From the human T2T-CHM13v2.0 reference genome, Homo sapiens: a stretch of DNA of 64,000 nt. How positions within the stretch are numbered: the stretch's first letter is position 1; each line of letters begins with the position of its first letter. The notes beneath the pieces were generated by a model, which was given only the letters and a program-made list of their open reading frames with translations, searched no databases and was not told the DNA's origin. Shown in pieces: positions 1 to 14,600 of the stretch. The stretch is taken from NCBI RefSeq assembly GCF_009914755.1, contig NC_060947.1. One strand, given 5' to 3'. Position numbers and translations under genes: made by a program.

Positions 1-184
1 TCCGTGGTCACCCATGATGCTTTTCGCATGGGCTATCACTATTTTTATGCGTGCATCGAGCATGATACTTTATGTAAGCGCGGGACATGTTAATATGCAT
101 TGTAAAAAGTTGCCTTGCTAATGTTCAATGCACATTTGCATAACCTCTTAGTGCCATCTTCATGGGGCATGCCATATCAGACAA

Positions 185-203
185 TGGCCAGCAGGTGGCG
201 ATG
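185..203 (+). promoter_or_regulatory. CTCF core motif
   Basis: TGGCCAGCAGGTGGCGATG closely matches the CTCF consensus TGGCCASCAGRKGGCRCTA; lies in non-repetitive sequence. Confidence 0.6.
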
Positions 204-1314
204 TTGATTTGAGTTGCTGAGAAGTGAAATTTTCCTTAAAAATCTGGCATCTTCAAGTGACCCCCTCAAGGGCTTTGCTTTGTTTTAACTACACCTGCCA
301 ACACCTGGAGAGGGTCAATTGTGCATAATGAGCGTTCATATGGAGGTGCCGAAACCACAACTTTGTCATGGTATTTGTTCAAACCATGCAAATGCTTCAA
401 TCATCTCTATTTGTTCAATGTTTAGGGTGCCATGAAAACATAAATATCTAAATGCAGTCTTTCCAGACAGATATTTGGTGATGGGCATTGATTCCAGAAA
501 AGGGGCATTCTCCGAAAAGATGCTGAGGAGGAGAGCAAATATAGCTTTTGTGAAGAAATGTTTACCCGGGTGGGACAAAGAGAAGCACAATTGAGGCTGG
601 AAGTTGAATCCAGCTGAAAAGAGATGCATTTAGCCTAATTAAGTTAATGGACCCTTCACTGAATTGAACAGAATTTTTAGTTCCTGTACATTAAAAAAAT
701 GGAACACCACCAAAAAAAAAAAAAAAAAGATGGGAGAAAAGAATTAGATTTTCACCCATCAGAGATGAATTTGAAATGCTAATATGACCAGGTTAGAACT
801 AGGAAAAAGACATAACTGGGAATATTTTTGGAGCATTCACTTAGTTCCCAGATTCAGTGAAGTGGTTATAGACAGCATTGTAAATCGTATTGGCTGGATT
901 TTTCTTCCACACATAACAGTACAGGCATTAGACTATTAATTAAGTAACTCGTTCATTCATTGAAGCTAGATCGAGCACCTACTGTGTGGTAAAGACTGCA
1001 TACTGTGTAGCCCTATGGAGACTAAAGGAGATTACTTTCAGTTCTTTCTGTAAGTTGTTCTTCCACCTCCGGTGCTAGATCTAAGGTCACCTACCCATCA
1101 GCTTGGTCTCTATCCCCTTCTCCATGTTAATAAATATTCCTGACATATAATAAATTTATGGACAGAAACTACAACTTCACTCAGACTAATTATTTTAAAG
1201 GATATGTCTATCTTTAAAAAACGCATTTGAACATTTTACTGAAAGCCAGCAATTTAAACTTAGTGTTTAAACAGATCAACTTGAAGCCCTTCTTTACAAA
1301 ATAAAAAGTTTAGC

Positions 1315-1445
1315 CTTCTAGCTTAAACTTAGGATGTAGAAAGCTTGTAAGAAGATCATCGCTCCAACAATCACGGCAAAATCAAGGACACATCATAAAC
1401 TAAATCTAAAGTTTCTTGAATCTGTCAGAAAACTCCAGTTTTAGG
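1315..1445 (+). mobile_element. Old L1M 5' region fragment (appears to continue at 2377-2690 after the MLT2 insertion)
   Basis: 'aggatgtagaaagct...ttcttgaatctgtcagaaaact' resembles L1M4/L1MC 5' end consensus. Confidence 0.35.
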
Positions 1446-1446
1446 G

Positions 1447-2371
<925 letters not shown>

Positions 2372-2692
2372 TAGTGCAAACAATCAGGCTGAAATACAAG
2401 GAAAGGCAGGCGTTTCTAAGGTGAGATGGGATGTGTGTACATCTTACCTTGAACAGACACAGAAAACACACAAATGGATAAGACACATGTGGAGAAAGTC
2501 TTAAAGGGCTTGCTGAGGCTGACAGTGGACTAGCATAAAGTTGTAGGACCTCTGGGAGATGCAGCCACAAGAGGAATTTGCAGCTGTCACCGAGTCTTCA
2601 CAAACTTTACCTGTTACCTACTAGGAAGACTGGGGACAAGTTGAGGGAACTGAAAAAGCCCCCAAGATGATGTCTTGGGAGAGTTGAACAGT

Positions 2693-3162
2693 AGTGGCAG
2701 AGACTCTTCTCCATGAGTCTCTTGTCCTCCATATCTTATGGGTGTGCTAAGTAAGAATGCCAGGTGCTGACCACTCTTTCCCTAGAGTATTTCTCAGGGT
2801 TGTGGCTCTACTACATGTTCGACCTTGAAGGAGCAGGTGACATCTTCCTCCAGGACAAAGAGCAGGCTCTGCTTATCGGGGGTTATGAAGTGGCCGACTT
2901 TTCCCAGGCTCTGTATCTCCCTCCTATAAGGCAGCCCATAGCAGGTGTAGGTTCCCATCCAAGTTCATCCTCAGCACCCCCTTGTGGTCCTGAGAAAAAG
3001 AAGCTGATGCTCTGGCAATGGCTTTGCTGGAAACAAGTCTCTAGTCTTAGACCTAAAAGTTCTGTGTCTTCTGCCAGCATCCATAGAATGGCAGCATTGC
3101 AGCAAGCTATTTTATTAACTTGCAAACAGGATATACTCCCAGACTCTTCATAGTTCTTGATG
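2693..3162 (+). mobile_element. ERVL-class solo LTR (LTR47/MER74-like; subfamily uncertain)
   Basis: 3' end 'tgtcttctgccagcatccat...acttgcaaacagg...cagactcttcatagttcttga' is the reverse complement of the start of the element at 32307. Confidence 0.6.
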
Positions 3163-3319
3163 GGAAGTCACTCCTGGTTTGCAGTTTGCAGGTGGAACAA
3201 AAGTCTTCAGTTGCAGGAAATCCTGTGCAGCTGAAGATCCTCTGTAGCCTTAAGAAAATAATAATAATAGTTTTATTATGTGTTATACTATATATAATGA
3301 GTATTATATACAATATACA

Positions 3320-3783
<464 letters not shown>

Positions 3784-3789
3784 TACACA

Positions 3790-4119
3790 ATCATATAATA
3801 TGAATATAATTGTATATAATTCATTGTGTATACTATATATAGTTATACATATATTATGTACAATTTTATACCTTATATTCTATATTATGTCATGTATAAT
3901 ATATTTAAATATATAATATATAATATATATTTTATAACATTAATTAGCAATATTTTTTGTTTTTAATATAATATAGTATGTTATATATATCTATATCTAT
4001 CTATAAAATCTACCATGTATCTATGTATCTTCTATCATCTATCATCTATCATTTATCTATGTCTCATGTATCTATTACCTATGTATGTATGTATGTATGT
4101 ATGTATGTATGTATGTATG

Positions 4120-4150
<31 letters not shown>

Positions 4151-4165
4151 TTATTATCTATCTAT
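3790..4165. repeat. AT-rich low complexity plus compound (TATG)n(TATC)n microsatellite (core about 4080-4150)
   Basis: Direct reading of tandem units. Confidence 0.9.
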
Positions 4166-4189
4166 CCCTCTATGCTGGTGAGGGGATGA

Positions 4190-4620
4190 GAAGGGCACTT
4201 TACCTCTGTGGTATTTGTTCCCAACATTCCCTAACCCCACTCTAATGATAAGACAAACAGGAGACAAATGTGGCATGGGAAATATTCCACAGACTACTTG
4301 AACAGTACTCAAGACTGTCATGAAAAAGCAAGGGAAGTCTGAGAAAGGGCCACAGACAGGACATGGGGGAGGGGTGACAAGTAAGTGCAGTGTGATCCCT
4401 CAATGGGATCCTGAGACAGAAAAAAAAAAAAAGTTCATAAAAAGCCGGTGGAATCTGACCAAAGGTCTGAAGTGTACTTAGGAGTGCTGTGTCAATGATG
4501 TCGGATTCTTAGTTTTGACAAGTACAGCACAGCCACGTTAGATGTTAATAATGAGAGGAACTGCTTGAGAGTTGCACAGGGACTTCCTGTACTCCATGGC
4601 AATCATTCAATCAAGCCCAT
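4190..4620 (+). mobile_element. L1MC/L1MD 3' UTR fragment
   Basis: 'gggcactttacctctgtggtatt...ctctaatgataagacaaac...gggatcctgagacagaaaaa'. Confidence 0.6.
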
Positions 4621-4659
4621 TTAAAAAATTCCGTTTTAAGAAATGCACAGTCTGGTACA

Positions 4660-6310
4660 CCAAACCAACAATCCAATTAAAAAATTGGCAAGTTGTTTGA
4701 ATAGAGACTTTACCAAAGATGTTACAGAATATAGGCTCATGAAAAGATGCTCAACATCTTTAGTCCATAAGGAAATGCAAATTACTACCACAGGGAAATG
4801 TTACCACGCATGAGTGTGAATGTCTAAAATTTAAATCAACATACAAGAACAAAAATACTAAAACAAAACCCTAATGATATGAAGCGTCAGTGAGGAGGGG
4901 GAATAGCAGAGAACCCTCATATGTTGTTGGTGGGAACGCAGAATGGTACAAGCACAGGAAAACAGAGCGGTGGCTTCTTACAAAACTAAATATGCAAGTA
5001 CTACTGAAACAGGAGAGTTCCCTGACCTACCCTGCAGGACGTGTAACAGGGGTGTGGCATGTCTGTCCTGCTGCCTTGGCTCAAACCCCTTGTGGAAGGG
5101 GAATCACACAGACAGGCAGACGCAGGAGCTGGAGCAAGTGCTTTTGGGCTCTGACTCCATGGTAGCTTCTAGGGGTGGGTGCCTGCAACTCCTGAAGTCC
5201 CAGTGGGTGTGTTACAGTGCTCTTTTAGCTCTGCCATCCACAGACCACTTAAGTGTTAACCAGCTCAGTGCCCTCTTGGTACCCAGGTTCTTGTCTGGCA
5301 TCTAGGAAAAATCAGGACACACAGACAAACTGAAGAATAGTAAATGCAGGGGATTTTATTGCCAGATGGAGGTGGCTATCAGTGAGATGGATGAGGAGCT
5401 GGAAAGCGGATGGAGTGGGAAGATAATCTTCCCCTGGAGTTTGGCTGTTACATGGCTGATGTCCTCTCTGACCATCCCCAGCCAAACTCCTCTCAATGTT
5501 CAAATGCTCCTTCTCTTCTCTTCTTCTCTCCTTCTCTGCTGCGCTGTTCTTCTGCTCCTCTGCTCTTCTGCTCATAGAGCCTGGGGTTTGGGGTTTATAT
5601 GGGTACAAAATAGGGGGGTGTTGTGGGCCAAAAGGCAACATTTGGGTGTGAAAATAGGAATACCTGTTTCCATTTAGGGCCATGGGTTTCCAGGCTTGAG
5701 GATGTGGCTTTTGCCAGGGAACCACCCTCTTCTACACAGTATTTCCCTGCCTCCTGTCCATATCACTACCCGACCCAATATGACCCAGAAATCCCCTCCT
5801 AAGTGTTGCCAAAGAGAAATAAAACATTAGTGTCGGTTAAAAAAATACCTGTCATTGAGTATTCATTGTGGCTTTAATTGTAATCATGAAAAAATGGAAA
5901 CAACACAGATGTTATTTAATGGATTTGAGGATTAAATAAAACAAAACAAAACTGGAGTATATGTATAGAATGAAATACCATCCAGCAATACAAAAGGAAC
6001 TAATTGCTGATATATGCAACAATGGGGGAACCTCAACTGTATTAACCTATGTGAAACAAGCCAATGTCAATAGGGTGCGTATTGCATTACCCATTTATAA
6101 AATATTCTGGATAATGCACTATATGGAGAGATTAGTGGTTAGATTAGTGGTACCGGTGGGCTGAGGTGATAGCAAGGGGTTATTGTCAAAAGGTCAAAGC
6201 ATGATGTGTAGGTTGAGACACTACTTTATGCATGGGTTATATTGTCAATATGCTTACTATTTTTATCAAAACTTGCCAAACCTACAATAAAAAGAGTGAG
6301 TTTTACTTTA
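4660..6310 (+). mobile_element. Old L1M ORF2 end/3' UTR, split by an LTR
   Basis: 'gaaaagatgctcaacatc...ggaaatgcaaatt', resuming after 5770 with 'atatgacccagaaatcccctcct...tggaaacaacacagatg'. Confidence 0.7.
5005..5765 (-). mobile_element. ERV1 solo LTR (LTR1-family-like)
   Basis: TG...CA ends, about 760 bp; minus strand starts 'tgatatggacaggaggcagggaaatactg'; 4 bp TSD ctac (5001-5004 / 5766-5769). Confidence 0.8.
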
Positions 6311-6822
6311 GATACCAGATAACCACAATTATTTTTAAAATCATCATTATGAGAACACCCACAAATATATGAAACATATAGGAGGTGCCAGGCTTGGGGA
6401 AACAAAATTTAGAAGATTTGGTTCTCACAATTCCCTCTGTGAGTTAGAAACCACGATTTATCTTCAGCATAGAAGAGAAAACCAAAGCTCATAATGGGTT
6501 GACCACACGTCCTCGGTCACACAACAGAGAATGCTCAAATGCAGATTGGATTAGCTCCAAAGTCCATACCTTTCTGAGTATCTCTCTGCAGTTCTTACTT
6601 TCCAGCACAATCATAAAGCTTTGGGGGAAAATATGGAAAGCAGAGAGTTCAAAGGGTAGTGAGACAGGGGCACACATAATAAATTTGTTACTAAAAAGAA
6701 TAATTAGTCATATCTCTTTGACATTACATGGGGCTGTAAGACTGTCAGTGCTCTTGATAATAAAAAGTGTATTGAAAGACTTGATGGGAATGAAAATGCC
6801 TCAGATGAAACATATAGTTTTG

Positions 6823-7214
6823 TTTTATTTATTTTTTATTGTCGATTTTTGTGGGCACATAGTAGGTTTATCTATATATGGGTTACATAAGATGGGTTAC
6901 ATAAGATATGGGTTACATAAGATACAGGCTTTCAATGTGTAATAACGACATCAGGGCAAACGGGGGACCGTCCCCTCAAGTATTTATCATTTGTGTCCAG
7001 TCATTTGCAACAACATGGACAGAAGTGAAGGTCATTATGCTAAGTGAACTAAGCCAGACACAGAAAGGCAAACTTTGCATGTTCTCATTTATGTGTGGGA
7101 GCTGAAAATCAAAACAATTGAACTATGGAGATAGAGAGTAGAAAGATGGTTACCAGAGCCTGGGAAGGGTAGTTGGGGGGTTGGTTAATGGGTACAAAAA
7201 AATAGTTAGAAATA
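6823..7214 (-). mobile_element. L1MA 3' end with 5' inversion (twin-primed)
   Basis: 6823-6996 is an antisense L1MA terminus with T-rich tail; 6997-7214 is a sense L1MA 3' UTR; flanked by an 18 bp TSD with one mismatch. Confidence 0.8.
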
Positions 7215-8635
7215 ATGAAACCTATAGTTTTGAATGGACTTTATATGGCCTTTCAGCTAACAGACGCTAAACATATCATTTATATGGCCTTTCAGCGAGC
7301 CGACCATAAACTTAACATTTCAGAAGACAATGTGCACCTTGAAGGGTTATGTGAACCCTACCCTCAACCTCTCCAGTTTTTAGACTGTATCTAATTTACC
7401 TCCTTCTCCAAGGATATTAGTTTTTAGATACCTGTTTAAGTATGTTGTTTGTAGAGTACTGAAAAAGGCCGTTTCATGGTAAATGTTTTCCATGGTTTTC
7501 GAGGTTTAGTGGCAGGATCTCTTTCCATTTGATTAATATTTTTCTACCTGTTGGGATGACCATGGAATAGCTATGGATTGAGGCTGAAAGAAGAACTTGT
7601 GACTCAAAAGACAGAAAGATACACAAGCCCTGGTATCTTGGTATTCCAGGAGTAGCAGTTAGGTGAATTTAGAGGAATAACGAGAGGTTGTGCCTTTTGT
7701 AAACTGACATTCCTGAGATGAGTGGGAATTGTCCACTCTAGGGACCCCAGTCTTTACAGTCTTACTTAAAAAAATCAACATTCCTGGCTTTTTAGCTGAT
7801 GGAAAAAAAAAAAAAAAAGAGAGAGCTAGTTTTCTGGTATCCAAACTACAGCTCCCCAAATGATGGAGTAGGTTTAGAATATGCTTATAATATTCTTTCA
7901 ACAATAGAATTACAATTACAGCAGGACAGTCTTCATTTAGAGTCCCATTCCAGAGCTCTTTTCCCCTTGGTTTTTCATTTACATCAGATTCTAATATTAA
8001 ACATACTTTCAATTTGTGATTCAACAGGACTCAGATGCAAATACAGTTCTCTCAGTAATCAGCATTACGGGATTTGGTTTCTTACAAAGAAGCTAATACT
8101 TACGTAAAGGTGGCTGAAGAATAATTTTTTCAAAAACCTCACTGAAAAAAAAGTGGTTAAGGCCCCAGTAGAATTCAAATTCAGGATTAAGTCAAACAGC
8201 TGAAACACACTCATACATGCAGAAATTGTTGAATCAGATTCACTTAAACCTGAAAGAATTCAAAAAAGGTCTTTCTAACGTTCTAAAGTTAGTGCTCCAA
8301 ATTAACCCTCCATACATATAATTAGTAAAACTGATGCATCATGCCATTAGTTAACATTTGTGCATTTTATTGTTTATGAACTATACTTTAATGGCAAACA
8401 AACTGAAATAACATTACAAAGTGTGCTGTTTCTTCATAATCAAACCTTTTCCTGCATCTCCGTTGGCATTTTGTGGTATGACAGTCGTTTTAAAAATACC
8501 ACTAAATTTGGGACTTCTAATATCACTTTGGTCACGTACCTGTGGTTGTTTAAATTATTCTTGTACGCAATCTGCAATATTACATTTTTTAATATGATTA
8601 CGGTTTTTGTGCCTGAGCCTTTTCATACAATAAAT

Positions 8636-8931
8636 TGTTTTGTTTGTTTGTTTGAGACAGAGTCTTATTCTGTCACCCAGGCTGGAGGGCAGTGCACAAT
8701 CTTGGCTCACTGCAACCTCCACATCCTGGGTTCAAGCAATTCTCCTGCCTCAGTCTCCTGAGTAGCTGGGACTACAGGCGTGAACCACCACGCTGGGCTA
8801 ATTTTTGTATTTTTAGTAGAGACGGGGTTTCACTGTATTGGCCAGGCTGGTCTCGAACTCCTGACTTCGTGATCCACCCGCCTTGGCCTCACAAAGTGCT
8901 GGGATTACAGGCGTGAGCCACAGTGCCTGGC
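8636..8931 (-). mobile_element. AluS
   Basis: Full Alu with (TTTG)n tail. Confidence 0.95.
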
Positions 8932-9292
8932 AGGGGTTTTTTTGTTTGTTTGTTTTTGTTTTTGTTTTTACACCATGATTATCTTTCTCCTTTGTAGAGT
9001 CCCTTTGGAGACTCAGGTTTCAGAGAAAACTACTAACAATGATGTATTAGAAACAAACTTTTGCAACTTTGCTGCGCCTCCTCAGAGTAAATGCTATGGG
9101 ACCATGTATTATATCTTCTCCAGCAGATAAAGCGAAGTGTTTTGGTCAGCTTAGAGTAAAACTCAAGCAGTAATGCTAACACATAATATGTTGTGATGTA
9201 ATAAAGAGAGATGACATAATAAATACCAGGCATGTGATTGGATGATCTAGTGTCAAACATAGTATACCCTACAGCATTAGGATTTGTGTCCT

Positions 9293-9720
9293 TCTTTTTT
9301 AACTTTTAAGTTCAGGGGTACATGTGCAAAACCTGCAGGTTTGTTACAGAAGTAAACATGTGTCATGGGGGTTTGTTGTACAGATTTTTTTAATTACTCA
9401 GGTATTAAGCCTAGTATCCATTAGTTATTTCTCCTGATCCTCTCCCTGCTCCCACCCTCCACTTTCTGAAAGGCCCCAGTGTGTATTGTTCCCCTCTATA
9501 TGTCCATGTGTTCTCATCATTTAGCTCCTATTTAAGTGAGAACATGTGGTATTTGGTTTTTTGCTCCTGCATTAGTTGGCAAAGGATAATGGCCTCCAGC
9601 TCCATCCATGTCCCTGCAAAGGACATGATCTCATTCTTTATTAAGGCTGCATAGTATTCTACATTGGATATGCACCACATTTTCTTTATCCAGCCTATCA
9701 TTGATGAACATTTAGGTTGT
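9293..9720 (-). mobile_element. L1PA (older) 3' UTR
   Basis: 'ttttaagttcaggggtacatgtgca...ggcctccagctccatccatgtccctgcaaaggacatgatctc'. Confidence 0.9.
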
Positions 9721-10127
9721 GTCTTGTTATAATGACTCCTCATGGTTTCCAGAGAAGGTTAGATGATAGATGAAAAATCCTACTTGATTTGACCAGCATT
9801 TATGGAGAGCCTTCAACAAGAATCAGGTGCCTACCTAGTCTAGTACATTTTTTCCCCAGAACCTTGATGAAGTCTGAGATGTTGTCCACATTTTGCACAA
9901 CTTGGGTTTCCAGAATTAACAAACTTATTAACAGTTGGGTCTTCTATTGCTATCTCTTATTCTGCCTCTATTCATCACCACACATGCTTAGGTTAACTTG
10001 AAAGTGAGAGAGGACGTGGCCCAAATTGTGGTCTTTCTCCAGAATATTTTGTTGTTGTTGTTTTCCAATTTTGAATATTTTCTGCAACCACACTTTGTCA
10101 TTGAAATTCCTGTGGTTTCTCCGGCCC

Positions 10128-10545
10128 CCTGCCCATCAGTCAACAAGTGGATAAATAAACTGTGGTATATATATGATGGAATACTACTCAACCATAAAAA
10201 GGAATGGATTAATGACATTTGCAGCAACCTGGATGGGATTGGAGACCATTATTCTAAGTGAAGTAACTCAGGAATGGAAAACCAAACATCATATATTCTT
10301 ACTTATAAGTGGGAGCTCAGCTATGAGGATGCGAAGGCATAAGGATGACACAATGGACTTCAGGGACTCAGGAGAGAAAGGGTGGGAATGGGGTGAGGGA
10401 TAAAAGACTTTGGGTTCAGTGTATACTGCTCAGGTGATGGGGGCACTAAAATCTCACAAATGACCACTAAAGAACTGACTCATGTCGCCAAAAAATACCA
10501 CCTGTTCCCCAAAAACCTATGGAAATGAAAAATTTTAAAAAGGAA
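10128..10545 (+). mobile_element. L1PB 3' UTR
   Basis: 'tgcccatcagtcaacaagtggataaa...ccccaaaaacctatggaaat'; degenerate TSD gaaattcctgtggtttc / gaaagcctgaggtttc. Confidence 0.9.
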
Positions 10546-11454
10546 AAGGAAAGCCTGAGGTTTCAAGCTGTCACATGCTGGTAGATTTCATTCTTAACTC
10601 ATTGTCCTGTTCCTCTAATGCTTACCTGCTATGGATACATGTTTGTATGTTTTAAAATACTTATAAGTACAGGAAAAATGAAACAAGAATGATGAAATTC
10701 CGGTAGCCACCATCTAGAATTAATAAATGTAAATATTAACTTTCTGTTTAGATATTTATATTTAAAAAATGGGATACAGGAAGTATCCCTTTAACCTTAT
10801 GCTAAATCTTTCTCCCTCCTTCACCAGAAAACCATTTTCATGAATCAGTCTTGTATCATTCCAATACAATGAGAACACTTTCAAAATACTCATACATGGA
10901 ACCATTAATCATAGATAATCATAGATAGAATTCCTCTTTTTTTTTACATTCAACTGAATCTATATTCTGCTTACAGCATTTTCACGCAACATTAAATCAT
11001 ATATAATAGCTCTAGTTCATTCACTTCAACTGCTGAGATAATTTTTTTCTCCTTTTTTATTACATATATGACTATTAATTTGGTCATTTCATGTTTTTAA
11101 TATAACATGATGCTTTTCTTCAGTTTTCTTTTCTGTTCCTCTTTTTTTTTTTATGCCATCTCTTAGATTGATAATGTTTATCAGCCTTTTTTTCCCTTTT
11201 ATTGGTTTGGAATTTCACTTTCATTTTTAATCATTTCATCTTTAATGGTTAATTCTGCAATGTTAACATGTATATATAAAAATATATGTATTAATCAATA
11301 TCCCTAATTTTCTCCTGAAAAACAAGAGTCTTAAAACATGTTAAACATCATCTTCATCTTCTATCTTCCATGCAGCATTTTTCAGTATTTTAAATCTACC
11401 TTTTTACATACTCCACAAAATTAAACTTTTGTATTTACTACTATGGCTATAAAA

Positions 11455-12020
11455 AAAATTAGAAAGACCTAGTATTTGATAGCATAACAGGGAGACTACA
11501 GTCAATAATGATTAATGGTACATTTAAAAATAAAAGAGGCTGGGCATGGTGGTTCATGCCAGTAATCCCAGCAATTTGGGAGGCCCAAGTGGGCAGATCA
11601 CCTGAGGTCAGGAGTTCGAGACCAGCCTGGCCAACATGGCGAAACCCCATCTCTACTAAAAATACAAAAATTAAATAAGCATGATGGTGGGCTCCTATAA
11701 TCCCAGCTACTTGGGAGGCTGAGGCAGGATAATTGCTTGAACCTGGGAGGTGGAGGTTGCAGTGAGCAAAGATCACACTGCACTCCAGCTTGGGCGACAG
11801 AGCAAGACTCTGTCTCAAAATAAATAATAAATAATAAAATAAATAAGGGAGTATAATTGAGTTGTTGGTAACACAAAAGATCAATGCCTGAGGGTTGGAT
11901 ATCCAATTTTCCATGATGTGATTATTACATATTGCATGCCTGTACCAAAATATCTCATGTCCACACCATAAAATATATACCCCTACTATGTACCCACGAA
12001 AATTAAAAATAAAATTTTTA
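11455..12020 (+). mobile_element. L1MA 3' terminus interrupted by an Alu
   Basis: 'agacctagtatttgatagcataacaggg...ctactatgtacccacgaaaattaaaaat'. Confidence 0.85.
11538..11845 (+). mobile_element. AluS
   Basis: Full Alu with A-rich tail. Confidence 0.95.
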
Positions 12021-12849
12021 AATGTACATTTACAACTGCAGTTACTAGTTTGTGGCTTAATATTGCTTCTTACATCACAACTTACTTTATGCATCCAATT
12101 GTCATGTTTTTGAAGCATATTTTCTAGAAATTATTTCTATTAGAGTAATATTAGCAGCACATTATCTGCATGCTTGGATGTCTAAACATATTTTCTTGGG
12201 TCCTGAATCTTGAATGCTATTTAAATGTGGTTTAAAATTCTTTGTTAACATTTATTTCTATGCAACTTTTTAAAGATACCTACATGTTCTGTAGTCTTGC
12301 ATTGACTGGAGTTACGTGTATTTTCATTTCTTTACATATAATTGGCCTTTTCATTTCAAAGCTTCACCTCCGTCTTATAATTTAGAGTATTATTTTCTCT
12401 TCTATTCCGACCCTTGGAATTACTCTTTCTTGCTTTTGAGGTCAGTGATGGCTTAAACGTTTCTTTTCCCCTCGGTGTTCCTTAGTTTTTGCAGCTGCGC
12501 AGGGATTCCCGCATCAGTCAGACAGGAGTGATACAACTCTAGCTTAACCGAGGCTCTGATTTGTTTTCTTTTTGTTTAGACTTCATGAACCTTAATTTGT
12601 GCCTGCCTATGCTGACTTTTCTTTAGCAGCTGCTGTGATAAAAAATAAATAAATAGATAAAAAAGGTTCACAAAGTCAAGACAATCTAGGTCACTGCTCT
12701 CGAGGAATGTATAGTATACTCAGATACACTGATAATTACATACGTGTTTTTGACACAGTGCAATCGTTTCTACCACAGTGTATAGGGAGTGCATTAAGAC
12801 AGATAAACATCTACCTACCTAATACCTGTGGAAGAAAAGGCAAAGCATG

Positions 12850-13090
12850 TACTCTTGAAAGACAGTGGAACGCAGTAGCTCAGGGTGCTGTTACTGGAGG
12901 AAGTGAGGCTAGCGTTCGGCCTCTGGACAGGCCACTTATTTGCACAAGTTCCTCGAGCTCTCTGAGTCTCCATTTTCTTGCATTGGTACACAGATGGCAA
13001 CTGCGTGTGCCAAGTGATCTCCTTCCCGCGGTAAAGTAGATAATGCCCCGGAGACATTGTCTGACACATAGGAAGTGCTTGCTACAACTT
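12850..13090 (+). mobile_element. MIR (degenerate)
   Basis: Core 'ctctctgagtctccattttcttgcattggta' and tail 'tgtctgacacataggaagtgct'. Confidence 0.5.
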
Positions 13091-13527
13091 AGCAATTGTG
13101 ATGTTTCAAGGGAGTGATATTTGCTCTCAGTGGTGCAGTAGGGACAGCAGTGAGCAAATGGAAGTAGGTTGATCTGTGGAGATGGACAAGCACATAGAAG
13201 TGTGCAGCAATGTTGGGTGTGGTAGGCAGAGAGGCAGAGGAACTTCTGTTTGCTTCAGTAATATTTGTTCTATTTGCACATTCACATCCTATTCTCTAAA
13301 GCCTAGGGCAGTCAAGCCTATAAACTGCAAATAATAGCATCATTCTACTGCAAATACTAGTGTTATAATATTATATATTCATGTTCTGATTTATTTGCAA
13401 TTGCCATGGCAATTGTTAAGTGTCCTAAAATATAATAAGGGAGCGACATTTGCATTGGAGAGGTTAGATTATATTCAGGGGCAAAAATGTAAAATGTAAC
13501 TTTCAAATGTCCACTCTATTGTGTGTC

Positions 13528-13556
<29 letters not shown>
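13528..13556. repeat. (CA)n microsatellite
   Basis: Direct reading. Confidence 0.95.
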
Positions 13557-13558
<2 letters not shown>

Positions 13559-13744
13559 CTTTACAGAGATAGTCCAAGGTAAGGAGTACAATTTCTCATA
13601 TAAGGGAAATCAAAATACATTCTTGTATCTTCATGATATTTTTTCCAGATGTGACCTGGCTGGGACAAATCTCTGTAAGATTAATAGTTCCCTGGAACAC
13701 AACTAATAAAAATTGGAATTTCTCAAGACTTTCCCATATTATTC

Positions 13745-14600
13745 ATTTATTTTTAATTTGACAAATAAAAATTATATGTATATTTAGGGTGTACCATGTG
13801 ATCTAAATAATTTGAAAGAATCTAGCTGGTGCTTTAATTCTTTCAGAAACTGAAAATTACATACATCTCAAAATATGATTTTTATACTAAGGGATGAAAA
13901 GGAGTTGGCATGTGAAATGCGTGCTTATGGGATTCTTCCATAATGTTGTGTTTTAAAGGTGGTGCTATTTGCTGGGGCACTTCAAACCAAGCCTCGTTCT
14001 TATAATTAAATGCCTGGGATGGTGCTTTTCCAGACCTCTTTGAAATATGTATTCATTGTGGAATGGCTAAATCAAGCTACTTAACATAGGCATTACATCA
14101 CATACTTTTCATTTATTTAAGGTGAGAACACTTAAAATCCACGATTGTAGCCATTTTCAAGTGTACAATATGTTGTTTTTAGCTACAACATGTTGTACAA
14201 TAGATTTCCTGAATTTATTCCTTCTGTTTTAACTAAAAGTTTACGTTTTTGAACAACATCTCCCCAATCCCCCAACCACCTCCAACCCCTGGTAGGTAAC
14301 CATCACTCTACTCTCTGCTTCTATACGTTTGACTTATTTTATTTCTAGGTATAAATGAGATTATGCGGTATTTGTCTTTGTGTGCCTGGCTTATTTCACT
14401 TAACATAATGTGTTCTGGGTCCATCCATGTTGCTGCAAGTAACAGGATTTCATTCTTTTTAAGGCTAAGTAGTATTCCATCGTGTATGCATAACACAATG
14501 TCTTTATTAATTCATCCATTTATGGACACTTGGGTTGATTCCATATCTTGGCTATTAGCAATAGTGCTGCGATAAACATGGGGGTGCAGATAACTCTTCA
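13745..14600 (-). mobile_element. L1MA (MA8/9-like) 3' UTR, interrupted at 13803-14038 by a locally duplicated segment
   Basis: 'ttgacaaataaaattatatgtatattt...' resumes as 'tttgaaatatgtattcattgtggaatggctaaatcaagc...ataaacatgggggtgcagata'. Confidence 0.85.
13827..14040 (+). repeat. Direct repeat copy A (~215 bp), paralogous to 14927-15145
   Basis: Both copies share 'tggtgctttaattc', 'catacatctcaaaatatgatttttata' and 'tgctggggcacttcaaaccaag'. Confidence 0.95.

Noticed and set aside
11459-12118. Longest ORF (219 aa, minus strand)
   Set aside because: Composed of antisense L1MA 3' UTR and antisense Alu (typical '[10 protein letters not shown]...[12 protein letters not shown]' Alu peptide); not a gene.
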